This document shows, piece by piece, positions 20,677 to 29,572 of a DNA stretch of 32,000 bases. This DNA is from Vibrio vulnificus CMCP6 (GTDB taxonomy: Bacteria; Pseudomonadota; Gammaproteobacteria; Enterobacterales; Vibrionaceae), in contig NC_004459.3 in the NCBI RefSeq assembly GCF_000039765.1, forward strand, positions 180,001 through 212,000, given 5' to 3'. The translations under genes and the position numbers were made by a program. Within the stretch, counting starts at the first letter, position 1, and each line of letters starts with the position of its first letter. The notes under the pieces are model-generated. The model ran no database searches. It was not told the DNA's origin and was given only the letters and a program-made list of their open reading frames with translations.

Positions 20677-20917
20677 GTTGATCCTTGCCTCACCTTTGGT
20701 AATATCAGGGTGTTTTATTTTTAGCTTCAAAATAAAGAAGCGATAAAGAAAGTTTTTTGACATTTATGCAACAAAGCATAAAGCGTATTACATAAACTTT
20801 TGACTCGTATCTGCTTCAACACGCTTGCTCCCCTCGTGCTCTGGCGCGGTTCAAGTAAAGCGGTTAAGCTAAAACGAGTCTTGACTAACAAAAATACATT
20901 CAATTGGGGTATATCAC

Positions 20918-21175
20918 ATGTACGAGAAGCAAGTAGAAATCACAGCAGAAAACGGCCTTCACACTCGCCCAGCTGCTCAATTCGTAAAAGAAGCTAAAGC
21001 TTTTGACGCGGATATCACTGTGACTTCTAACGGCAAAAGCGCAAGCGCTAAGAGTCTGTTCAAACTACAAACTCTAGGTCTTGTAAAAGGCACTGTAGTT
21101 ACAATCTCTGCTGAAGGCCCACAAGCACAGCAAGCAGTTGATCACCTAGTTGCTCTAATGGATCAACTACACTAA
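20918..21175 (+). CDS. ptsH: phosphocarrier protein HPr
   Basis: 85 aa with the [15 protein letters not shown] active-site His15 block and [13 protein letters not shown]. Confidence 0.97.
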   Translation: MYEKQVEITAENGLHTRPAAQFVKEAKAFDADITVTSNGKSASAKSLFKLQTLGLVKGTVVTISAEGPQAQQAVDHLVALMDQLH

Positions 21176-21188
21176 TCAATGTATTCCT

Positions 21189-21220
21189 CAAAGCCATTTA
21201 GCTCACACTAAATGGCTTTG
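21189..21220 (+). promoter_or_regulatory. intercistronic ptsH-ptsI stem-loop
   Basis: 12-bp stem CAAAGCCATTTA-GCTCACAC-TAAATGGCTTTG with a poor T tail. Probably a partial terminator or mRNA-stability element. Confidence 0.5.
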
Positions 21221-21311
21221 TTCAAAGTACAACCGATTAGTCAGCTACAATTTTTCGTTAGCGATTTAGTCACACATTCCCGTTTACGTTTGACCAACTT
21301 AAGGTAAGGCT

Positions 21312-23036
21312 ATGATTTCAGGCATCCTGGCATCTCCTGGTATTGCAATTGGTAAAGCACTACTACTTCAAGAAGATGAAATTGTCCTAAACACTAACAC
21401 TATCACAAAAGCTCAAGTAGAAGCTGAAGTTCAGCGTTTCTACGACGCGCGCAGCAAATCTTCTGCACAGCTAGAAACAATCAAGCAGAAAGCGCTAGAA
21501 ACTTTCGGTGAAGAGAAGGAAGCGATCTTCGAAGGTCACATCATGCTTCTTGAAGATGAAGAGCTAGAGGAAGAAATCCTAGCACTCATCAAAAAAGAGA
21601 AGATGACTGCAGACAACGCGATTTACACTGTTATCGAAGAGCAAGCAACCGCTCTAGAATCTCTTGATGATGAATACCTGAAGGAACGCGCAACGGATAT
21701 CCGTGATATCGGTTCTCGTTTTGTCAAAAATGCTCTTGGTATCAACATTGTTTCGCTAAGTGATATCAACGAACAAGTTATCTTGGTGGCTTACGACCTC
21801 ACTCCATCTGAAACTGCGCAAATCAACCTAGATTACGTTCTTGGTTTCGCTTGTGACATCGGTGGTCGTACATCTCATACTTCAATCATGGCTCGCTCAC
21901 TTGAGCTTCCTGCGATTGTTGGTACAAACGACATCACAAAGAAAGTTAAGAATGGCGATATGCTGATTCTTGACGCAATGAACAACAAAATTATCGTTAA
22001 CCCTTCTGAAGCTCAAATTGAAGAAGCGAAAGCTGTGAAAGCTTCGTTCCTAGCAGAGAAAGAAGAGTTGGCGAAGCTGAAAGACCTACACGCAGAAACA
22101 CTAGATGGCCACCGCGTAGAAGTATGCGGCAACATCGGTACAGTAAAAGACTGTGATGGCATCATCCGTAATGGTGGTGAAGGTGTTGGTCTCTACCGTA
22201 CTGAATTCCTCTTCATGGATCGCGACGCGCTACCAACAGAAGAAGAACAGTACCAAGCATATAAAGAAGTTGCAGAAGCAATGGAAGGTCAAGCTGTCAT
22301 TATCCGTACAATGGATATCGGTGGTGATAAAGATCTACCATACATGGATCTTCCAAAAGAGATGAACCCATTCCTAGGCTGGCGTGCAGTTCGCATCAGC
22401 TTAGATCGTCGCGAAATTCTTCGTGACCAGCTACGTGGTATCCTACGTGCTTCAGCACACGGTAAACTACGTATCATGTTCCCAATGATCATCTCTGTTG
22501 AAGAAATTCGCGCGCTGAAAGAAGCGATCGAAGAGTACAAAGCAGAACTTCGCGCAGAAGGTCTTGCATTCGACGAAAACATCGAAATCGGTGTGATGGT
22601 TGAAACGCCAGCTGCAGCAGCAATCGCTCACCATTTAGCGAAGGAAGTTTCTTTCTTCTCTATCGGTACTAACGACTTAACTCAGTACACACTCGCCGTA
22701 GACCGTGGTAACGAGATGATTTCTCACCTTTACAACCCACTGTCACCAGCTGTACTAACGGTTATCAAGCAAGTGATTGATGCTTCTCACGCAGAAGGTA
22801 AATGGACTGGTATGTGTGGTGAGCTAGCAGGTGATGAGCGTGCTACCCTTCTACTATTGGGTATGGGTCTAGATGAATTCTCTATGAGCGGTATTTCTAT
22901 TCCTAAAGTGAAGAAAGTGATCCGCAATGCAAACTTTGCAGCAGTGAAAGCAATGGCAGAAGAAGCGCTATCATTGCCAACAGCGGCTGAAATCGAAGCT
23001 TGTGTAGAAAAGTTCATCGCAGAGCACTCTAAGTAA
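21312..23036 (+). CDS. ptsI: PTS enzyme I
   Basis: 574 aa with [21 protein letters not shown] (active-site His), the PEP-utilising domain and [15 protein letters not shown]. Confidence 0.97.
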   Translation: MISGILASPGIAIGKALLLQEDEIVLNTNTITKAQVEAEVQRFYDARSKSSAQLETIKQKALETFGEEKEAIFEGHIMLLEDEELEEEILALIKKEKMTADNAIYTVIEEQATALESLDDEYLKERATDIRDIGSRFVKNALGINIVSLSDINEQVILVAYDLTPSETAQINLDYVLGFACDIGGRTSHTSIMARSLELPAIVGTNDITKKVKNGDMLILDAMNNKIIVNPSEAQIEEAKAVKASFLAEKEELAKLKDLHAETLDGHRVEVCGNIGTVKDCDGIIRNGGEGVGLYRTEFLFMDRDALPTEEEQYQAYKEVAEAMEGQAVIIRTMDIGGDKDLPYMDLPKEMNPFLGWRAVRISLDRREILRDQLRGILRASAHGKLRIMFPMIISVEEIRALKEAIEEYKAELRAEGLAFDENIEIGVMVETPAAAAIAHHLAKEVSFFSIGTNDLTQYTLAVDRGNEMISHLYNPLSPAVLTVIKQVIDASHAEGKWTGMCGELAGDERATLLLLGMGLDEFSMSGISIPKVKKVIRNANFAAVKAMAEEALSLPTAAEIEACVEKFIAEHSK

Positions 23037-23156
23037 TCTGCTGACCAATTTTCGAGCCTATATAATATGTTAGGCGGCTAAAAAAAGTCGTCTAACTGCT
23101 CGGATTGGTATACTATAATTCGACAGAATAAAACTAAACCTTAGGAGCATGACACA

Positions 23157-23666
23157 ATGGGTCTGTTTGACAAACTTAAGAAGCTTGTATCTGATGACAG
23201 CGCTAGCGCCGGTGCAATCGAAATTATCGCACCTTTGTCTGGTGAGATCGTGAACATCGAAGATGTGCCAGATGTTGTTTTTGCTGAGAAGATCGTTGGT
23301 GACGGTATTGCTATCAAACCAACAGGCAACAAAATGGTAGCTCCTGTAAACGGTACTATCGGTAAGATCTTTGAAACTAACCACGCATTCTCTATCGAGT
23401 CTGACGATGGTGTTGAACTGTTTGTTCACTTCGGTATCGACACAGTTGAACTAAAAGGCGAAGGCTTCACTCGTATCGCTGAAGAAGGTCAAACTGTTAA
23501 AGCTGGCGACACTGTAATTGAATTCGATCTTGCTCTTCTTGAAGAGAAAGCGAAGTCAACACTAACTCCAGTTGTTATCTCTAACATGGACGAAATCAAA
23601 GAGCTGAACAAGCTTTCTGGTTCTGTTGTTGTTGGTGAAACACCAGTTCTACGCGTAACTAAGTAA
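23157..23666 (+). CDS. crr: glucose-specific PTS EIIA (Crr)
   Basis: 169 aa with [39 protein letters not shown] (both His residues present) and a GGAG RBS. Confidence 0.97.
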   Translation: MGLFDKLKKLVSDDSASAGAIEIIAPLSGEIVNIEDVPDVVFAEKIVGDGIAIKPTGNKMVAPVNGTIGKIFETNHAFSIESDDGVELFVHFGIDTVELKGEGFTRIAEEGQTVKAGDTVIEFDLALLEEKAKSTLTPVVISNMDEIKELNKLSGSVVVGETPVLRVTK

Positions 23667-23700
23667 TTACTACTTAGTTAGCAGAAAAACAGTTAACAGA

Positions 23701-23727
23701 AAAACGCTGCCATTGGCAGCGTTTTTT
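23701..23727. terminator. bidirectional terminator between crr and the last flagellin gene
   Basis: AAAACGCTGCC-ATT-GGCAGCGTTTT, with an A run upstream and a T run downstream. It serves convergent genes ending at 23666 (+) and 23743 (-). Confidence 0.85.
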
Positions 23728-23742
23728 GTTTTTGTGAGCAAC

Positions 23743-24870
23743 CTAAGATAGCAATCCAATTGCACTGCCTGGGGCTTGCTTGGCTTGAGCCAGCAAGGCA
23801 GAGGTAGCCTGTTGCAATACCTGAGACTTCACTAAAGCGGTTGATGCTTTCGCAAAATCGGTATCCCATATTCGCCCTTTTGATTCAGTGACATTGCGAT
23901 TGATACTTTGCAAATTGTCCATCGTCCCCTCTACCCGATTTTGAAAACTGCCGATTTCACTTCGGTGAGAATCCAGATATTGAATTGCAGTATCAACAAC
24001 AGCAATCGCCAATTGAGCACCACCCACACTACTGATATCGAGTTCATCGAGCGTCACTTGTCCTTGCGGTTCAAAGTCTAGCTCTCCCTCCAAGCTTCCT
24101 GAGATATTTAAACCATCAGGAGCGTGACGATTAGCGACATAAAACTGCAATCGCCGATCATCCGTCACCGAGGACTCCACAACATTTTGCTGTGAATTGA
24201 TATACGTAGCGACTTCTTCGAGACTGTCTCCAGGCTTAAGCGAGATCTTAATGGATTGATCATCCCCTTCGCTATCTCGAAAAGTAAAGCTAAGTTGCCT
24301 TGATTCCTTGTCAACTTGCCAATCCTCATCCGCTGGCTCCGAGGCAAGGTAATGATACCCGCCCATCTCAGGAACGTGAGTCCGCATGTTTTTGAGTTGC
24401 AAAGAAATGGAATTAGAATTTGCCCCAAGATGAAAACTTTTTGAACCATAACTTCCATCAAACAGATTTTTACCCGCAAATGTGGTTGTCCTGGCTATTC
24501 TTTCCACTTCATCTTTCAATACCACCACTTCCAACTGCAAACTTTGCCGATCCTCATCAGAATTCGATCCGTTTGCGGCTTGAAGAGAAAGAGATCGCAA
24601 TCTCTGCAGTATTTCACTGCCCTCTTCCAACGCCCCTTCCGCTGTTTCTGCAACAGCATAAGCACTATGAGCGTTAGTTAATGCCACATCCAAACCACGG
24701 GTTTGGACGTGAAGCGTATTCGCTATCTGCATTCCAGCGGCATCATCGCTGGCACTATTAATTCGGAATCCGGAACTTAGATTTTTTTGGGTTTCAGCTA
24801 CCTGACTTGCCGCTGTGCTCAGATGCCTCTGAGCGACCATCGCAGACACGTTGGTATTGAGTGAAACCAT
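23743..24870 (-). CDS. polar flagellin, divergent paralog
   Basis: 375 aa with flagellin N-terminal (NTNVSAMVAQRHL...INSASDDAAGMQIA) and C-terminal (QNRVEGTMDNL...[18 protein letters not shown]) domains. It is visibly more diverged than the other two copies. GGAGAGGGA RBS. Confidence 0.9.
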   Translation of the reverse strand: MVSLNTNVSAMVAQRHLSTAASQVAETQKNLSSGFRINSASDDAAGMQIANTLHVQTRGLDVALTNAHSAYAVAETAEGALEEGSEILQRLRSLSLQAANGSNSDEDRQSLQLEVVVLKDEVERIARTTTFAGKNLFDGSYGSKSFHLGANSNSISLQLKNMRTHVPEMGGYHYLASEPADEDWQVDKESRQLSFTFRDSEGDDQSIKISLKPGDSLEEVATYINSQQNVVESSVTDDRRLQFYVANRHAPDGLNISGSLEGELDFEPQGQVTLDELDISSVGGAQLAIAVVDTAIQYLDSHRSEIGSFQNRVEGTMDNLQSINRNVTESKGRIWDTDFAKASTALVKSQVLQQATSALLAQAKQAPGSAIGLLS

Positions 24871-24962
24871 TTAATCGATATCCCTCTCCTGTTTCAATTC
24901 CGTTCATTCGGCAATAACGAGAAAACCGTCAAACTATGCCGAGAACATCTTGCGTCGAGGAT

Positions 24963-24996
24963 ATTAAACAAAGAGCCAGGTAAGACTACCTGGCTC
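24963..24996 (-). terminator. terminator after the middle flagellin gene
   Basis: Minus strand, perfect 10-bp stem GAGCCAGGTA-GTCT-TACCTGGCTC followed by TTTGTTTAA. Confidence 0.85.
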
Positions 24997-25030
24997 CTGC
25001 TTACCGAAATTAACCGCTGCTGCTCAGAGA

Positions 25031-26164
25031 TTAGCCTAGTAGACTTAGCGCTGAGTTTGGCGCTTGTTTCGCTTGCGCAAGAATGGAACTTGATGCTTGC
25101 GATAGAATTTGTGTCTTGGTCAACTGAGTCGTTTCTTTCGCGAAGTCGGTATCTTTGATTCGGCTCTTCGACGCGTTCACGTTCTCGTTGATGTTGTCCA
25201 AGTTGCTGATTGCATGGTTGAAACGGTTCTGGAATGCACCCAGCTCTGCACGGTGGCTGTCTACGTATTTCAGTGCCGCATCCACAATCGCTACCGACTC
25301 TTGCGCACCTTGTACGGTTGTCACGTCAATCGTGTCTACCGTGACGTTTTTGCCTTCGCCTAGGCCAAGTTCACCAGCTAGGCTACCTGAGAAAGCAATT
25401 TCACCTTGAACTTTGTTGTTACCAGCAAAGATCTGTAGCTTGCCGCCTTCACCCACTGACGCTTTTACAAGGTCAGTTTGACCGTTGATGTACGTCGCTA
25501 GCTCTTCGATGTCATCGCCCGCTTTCGCGTTGATTTCGATCTCTTGCTCGTTACCAAAGCTGTCTGTCAGTGCAATCGTCAAGTCGTTGTCGCCTGCGGC
25601 CACATTCCAGTTCTTGTCTTTGCCTTCTTCAGCTTGGTAGCTCACGCCGCCCATCATCACGTTGTCAGAGCGCATGTCTTTGAGTGACAGCATGACCGCT
25701 TCACCGTTATCCGCACCAATTTGCATTGCTTTCGTGCCGTAAGTGCCGTTGAGCAGTTTGTTACCACCAAAAGACGTGGTTTCTGCGATACGGTTTAGCT
25801 CGTCGTTCAATGCGGTGATCTCTTCTTGAATCGCCACGCGCTCTGATTTTGAGTTTGAGCCGTTCGCTGATTGCAGAGATAGGTCACGCATACGTTGTAG
25901 GATGTTGGTGGTCTCGTTCATCGCACCTTCTGCGGTTTGTGCGATTGAGATACCGTCGTTGGCGTTACGTACCGCAACGTCTAGACCGCGACTTTGCACG
26001 TTCAAGCGGTTAGAGATTTGCAGACCGGCTGCGTCATCTTTTGCACTGTTGATTTTGAAACCTGAAGACAGACGCTCCATCGAAGTTTGTTGTGCGCTGT
26101 TTGCGTTATTCAGGTAACGCTGTGCTGTCATTGCTGCTACGTTTGTATTTACATTCACTGCCAT
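25031..26164 (-). CDS. polar flagellin (sigma28-type copy)
   Basis: [18 protein letters not shown]...[46 protein letters not shown]. Start moved from 26221 to ATG 26164, the canonical flagellin N-terminus with a GGAGAA RBS. Confidence 0.93.
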   Translation of the reverse strand: MAVNVNTNVAAMTAQRYLNNANSAQQTSMERLSSGFKINSAKDDAAGLQISNRLNVQSRGLDVAVRNANDGISIAQTAEGAMNETTNILQRMRDLSLQSANGSNSKSERVAIQEEITALNDELNRIAETTSFGGNKLLNGTYGTKAMQIGADNGEAVMLSLKDMRSDNVMMGGVSYQAEEGKDKNWNVAAGDNDLTIALTDSFGNEQEIEINAKAGDDIEELATYINGQTDLVKASVGEGGKLQIFAGNNKVQGEIAFSGSLAGELGLGEGKNVTVDTIDVTTVQGAQESVAIVDAALKYVDSHRAELGAFQNRFNHAISNLDNINENVNASKSRIKDTDFAKETTQLTKTQILSQASSSILAQAKQAPNSALSLLG

Positions 26165-26245
26165 GATGAATTCTCCAATTGATTTTCCGATATTACGGTT
26201 TCCGACGTCTCGGAAAACCAAGTAGTTCTCTCAAAGTTACTTCTA

Positions 26246-26273
26246 TTAACGGCTCAGCTTGAAAATCCTTTAG
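26246..26273 (-). promoter_or_regulatory. sigma28 (FliA) promoter for the middle flagellin
   Basis: Minus strand reads CTAAAGGAT-N11-GCCGTTAA (consensus TAAAGTTT-N11-GCCGATAA), about 80 nt upstream of ATG 26164. Confidence 0.75.
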
Positions 26274-26523
26274 AGGAAAAAGACGATTTTTTTGAGAAAA
26301 GTTCATTTGGTGAGAAATTCGTGACCAAAGCAGGAAAAAGAGGAAAAAAGCGAAAATAACGCTAAAGTTTTGCGCATCTTTGCCATAGGAGCAGAAGGTA
26401 GAAACCATCTCATCCAGATGAGGGGCATGAAATTGCCACAATAGAAAAAGGTCATCGACAAAGCGATCAAAAAGCGAGATGGAATCGTGGTAGGTGCACA
26501 TCGGTATAAAAACGCGTTTGTGC

Positions 26524-26565
26524 AGAAAAAGAAAAAGCCCCTATTCCTTTGAGAGAACCGGGGCT
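26524..26565 (-). terminator. probable terminator about 190-230 nt downstream of the first flagellin
   Basis: Minus strand AGCCCC..(18 nt with an inner TTC/GAA pairing)..GGGGCT followed by TTTTTCTTTTTCT. The large loop lowers confidence. Confidence 0.5.
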
Positions 26566-26752
26566 AGGTTGGTAGCCAGAGCCAATGTGGAGATCAAGAG
26601 AAATGAACACATTTCCGGCACCGAGCAACTTTACACGAATAATGTCAGGCAGGTGAGAGATGAGAGAGCCCTTCATTCACGGTAAAGCTGCTTGCCAAGT
26701 TATCCTGCATCTATAAGCTCACGTCTGAACCACAGCAGACACAGGATTACTA

Positions 26753-27910
26753 TTAGCCCTGCAATAGTGACATTGCAGAGTTTGGCAATTGTTTTGCTTG
26801 AGCAAGAATAGAAGTACCTGCCTGTTGCAAAATCTGTGCTTTCGTCATTTGCGTCGTTTCCTTCGCAAAATCAGTATCTTTAATACGGCTGTTCGATGCA
26901 TCAACGTTTTCTTGAACGTTCGCCAAGTTATTAATACTGTGGCTTAAACGGTTCTGTTTTGCACCTAAGTCCGCACGTTGTGAATCAACGTACTTCAATG
27001 CCGCGTCAATAACGCTAATTGCGTTCTGAGAACCTTGTACGGTACGCAGATCCAAATCTTGTACTGTTGTCGCAATCGGTTCGTCACTCAAACCCAGTTC
27101 AGAGGCAAGGCTACCCGAAATCGAGATATCGCCTTTCACATTTGGTTGAGCAACAAAGATTTGCAGCTTGCCATCTTCACTTACCGATGCGTTGATGTAG
27201 TCCGATTGACCATTGATGTACGTTGCCAATTCTTCAATATCATCACCGCTTTTCGCCATGATGTTGATTTCTAAATCGATAACATTGCCATCTTCATCTT
27301 CACCCATCTCTGGCAATACGATGTTCAGCTCTGCGTTATCCGCGCTCACTTCCCAATCTTTGTTTTTGCCATTTTCAGACTGGAAGGTCGTGCCACCCAT
27401 ACGGAAATCATCGGCACGGATGCTGGTTAAGCCCATAATCATCGCTTCACCAGAGTTAGAACCAATCTGGAATGCTGCATCACCAAAGGTGCCATTCAGT
27501 AGACGGCGTCCACCAAACGATGTGGTTTCAGCAATACGGTTAATTTCGTCTTGTAGAGCACTCGCTTCTTCATGAATCGCTTGGCGCTCAGACGTTGAGT
27601 TAGTACCGTTCGCGGATTGAATCGACAAGTCACGCATGCGCTGCAAGACTGCCGTCGCTTCATTCATCGCCCCTTCGGCGGTTTGAGCGATAGAGATACC
27701 ATCGTTGGCATTACGCATCGCCACATCTAGGCCACGAGACTGAGCGGTTAAGCGGTTAGAAATTTGCAAACCGGCCGCATCATCTTTGGCGCTATTAATT
27801 TTATGACCAGATGACAAACGTTCCATTGAGGTGTTTAACTCATCTGTCGCTTTGTTTAGATAACGTTGCGCAGTCATCGCGGATACGTTAGTGCTTACTG
27901 TTACAGCCAT
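26753..27910 (-). CDS. polar flagellin (flgL-proximal, sigma54-type copy)
   Basis: [18 protein letters not shown]...[46 protein letters not shown]. Start moved from 27934 to ATG 27910, which has AAGGAGAG upstream. Confidence 0.93.
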   Translation of the reverse strand: MAVTVSTNVSAMTAQRYLNKATDELNTSMERLSSGHKINSAKDDAAGLQISNRLTAQSRGLDVAMRNANDGISIAQTAEGAMNEATAVLQRMRDLSIQSANGTNSTSERQAIHEEASALQDEINRIAETTSFGGRRLLNGTFGDAAFQIGSNSGEAMIMGLTSIRADDFRMGGTTFQSENGKNKDWEVSADNAELNIVLPEMGEDEDGNVIDLEINIMAKSGDDIEELATYINGQSDYINASVSEDGKLQIFVAQPNVKGDISISGSLASELGLSDEPIATTVQDLDLRTVQGSQNAISVIDAALKYVDSQRADLGAKQNRLSHSINNLANVQENVDASNSRIKDTDFAKETTQMTKAQILQQAGTSILAQAKQLPNSAMSLLQG

Positions 27911-28048
27911 TTTGCTCTCCTTTCGAGTTCGCAAGCTTGTGCGAAGCGGCCAGCTTTACTCTCTTATGGAAAAGCACTGACCGTAATTACTTGCTAAAAC
28001 CGCCGGTGGCAGTTTTTAGAACCGGTAAATCATTTCTGATTTAGTAGA

Positions 28049-28065
28049 TTCAATTTGTGTGCCAA
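28049..28065 (-). promoter_or_regulatory. candidate sigma54 promoter for the flgL-proximal flagellin
   Basis: Minus strand reads TTGGCAC-ACAAA-TTGAA with exact -24/-12 spacing. The -12 element is TTGA rather than TTGC. It lies about 140 nt upstream of ATG 27910. Confidence 0.6.
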
Positions 28066-28176
28066 CTTTTTAAAATAAGACTGTTACCTGCCTTATTTCT
28101 AAGAAAACATACACTTACAAAGTGATATTTTCCTTCAACTTCTTCAACCTCTTTGTTTTGCTCTCTATCTACTGGC

Positions 28177-28200
28177 ATTGCCACTTTGCCGCTTTGCCGC
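28177..28200. repeat. three tandem 8-bp direct repeats
   Basis: ATTGCCAC TTTGCCGC TTTGCCGC, plus an inverted copy GTGGCAA at 28223-28229. The cluster is 110-180 bp upstream of the sigma54 element. Confidence 0.8.
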
Positions 28201-28365
28201 TTTTAGAGACATCTGCCGGAAGGTGGCAAGGTTTTTCTGCTTATCCGCACTTAAGGCATGGCTCATAAGGCATCAATGTTGAAAAACCAACAAGAGGTTT
28301 CCTAAAGTCTGTTGTGCACACTCACGATACCGTCATCTCATTCAGAGGCGGTTCGCTCTTGCTCA

Positions 28366-29559
28366 CTACAAGTAATTAAATAATGTGAGATCTTTCGTTT
28401 TACCAAATGCGAGCTGCGAAGCTTGCAACGCGCGTGAATTCTCATTGAATTCAATAATTGCCTTGGAGTAATCCAAGTCTTCAAAATTGCTCTTCGCTTT
28501 CGCTAAAGAGAGATTGAAATCTTCATGTTGCTGCTCTTGGATATCCAGTGTACTTAGGCGAGCACCAATGTCGGTGCGCGCTTTGTTGAGATGGATAAAG
28601 GCAGCATGAAACTCTTCCGTTACTTGGTGCAACTTCGCCGTGGCATTGGCATCAGACACCGACGCTTCAGAGTATTTCTCTGCATTTTTGAAGCTATCGA
28701 AAATAGAAAATGTTTCTCTTGGCTTTAGCTCAATCACGTCACCTTTCTGGATCTGGCCTTTGAGCTGAATCGTAAGATCTTCATACTGGATGCCTGTTGA
28801 TGGGTTGAACTCATCAGCGGCAACCACACTGCCATCTTTTTCTAATTGGTATCCCCAGCGACCATTACTCATATCAACCATAGTGACGCGATAAGTCGCT
28901 TTATCGAAATAGTCTTCGTTGACTGCTTTTTCGAGCAACAACTCAGAAGCATTTTGCAACTGATATTCTGGTTCGTAATCGCCAAAGGGATTCGGAATAT
29001 CCATAAACAACTTACTGCCAGGATCATTCATCGCCATTTCAAGATTGGCCGACACTCGCATTTTGCGTTGGTAGTCATCCCCTGCATAAGTCACCGTGCC
29101 ATCATAGTCACGGAAAAACGGCTGCGATTTTGGCTTGGTGCCAGCGAAGGTATAGTTGCCGGATTCATCTTGTGCATTGGCAAGGTAGAGGAAATTGGTG
29201 GCCAGTTCCTCAATTTCACGTCGTTTCGCGCGGCGATCTTCCGGTGATAATGCACCGTTAATCATTTCCATCACGGTACGTTTCGCCTCGTCTGCAAACT
29301 GCTCTTGGTTAGCCACATTCACTTCATGCTGCTCAAGACGGTTGCGTACTAGGACGATCGCATCAAGATACTGTTTTAACTGCTCAGATTGCTGACCAAT
29401 ATTTTGAATGTAGTGTGTTGCAAGGGGGTCATCACTCGGTGATAACAACTTCTTGCCAGACGCCAACTGCGCTTGGTTGTGATGGATTTTATTTTCCATG
29501 CGGCGCAAATCGTTTTGCACCGACTGATAGTTGTGGAAACTGGCGATACGGCTAATCAT
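28366..29559 (-). CDS. flgL: flagellar hook-filament junction protein FlgL
   Basis: 397 aa. The N-terminus (MISRIASFHNYQSVQNDL...SGKKLLSPSDDPLA) and C-terminus (EFNENSRALQASQLAFGKTKDLTLFNYL) are typical of FlgL, and it follows flgK. Confidence 0.9.
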   Translation of the reverse strand: MISRIASFHNYQSVQNDLRRMENKIHHNQAQLASGKKLLSPSDDPLATHYIQNIGQQSEQLKQYLDAIVLVRNRLEQHEVNVANQEQFADEAKRTVMEMINGALSPEDRRAKRREIEELATNFLYLANAQDESGNYTFAGTKPKSQPFFRDYDGTVTYAGDDYQRKMRVSANLEMAMNDPGSKLFMDIPNPFGDYEPEYQLQNASELLLEKAVNEDYFDKATYRVTMVDMSNGRWGYQLEKDGSVVAADEFNPSTGIQYEDLTIQLKGQIQKGDVIELKPRETFSIFDSFKNAEKYSEASVSDANATAKLHQVTEEFHAAFIHLNKARTDIGARLSTLDIQEQQHEDFNLSLAKAKSNFEDLDYSKAIIEFNENSRALQASQLAFGKTKDLTLFNYL

Positions 29560-29572
29560 TTACCTGCTCCCT

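Noticed and set aside
24900-24945. Possible sigma28 promoter for the distal flagellin (GCCGAATG -10-like box, CATAGTTT -35-like box on the minus strand)
   Set aside because: The spacer between the two boxes is 18 nt rather than 11, and the -35 match is poor. No correctly spaced sigma54 GG/GC pair is present either. The gene is left without a called promoter.
26193-26676. Minus-strand ORFs 26193-26501 (102 aa) and 26467-26676 (69 aa), and plus-strand ORF 26494-26685, in the flagellin-flagellin spacer
   Set aside because: None has a Shine-Dalgarno sequence upstream of its start. The first runs through the sigma28 promoter and into the flagellin start. The translations are Phe/Leu/Ser-rich runs generated by the T-rich strand. 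I treated the interval as non-coding regulatory or 3'UTR sequence instead.
28173-28190. Plus-strand TGGCATTGCCACTTTGCC, which looks like a sigma54 -24/-12 element
   Set aside because: The GG-to-GC spacing is 3 nt too long, and no plus-strand gene lies downstream. I interpreted it as part of the direct-repeat cluster instead.
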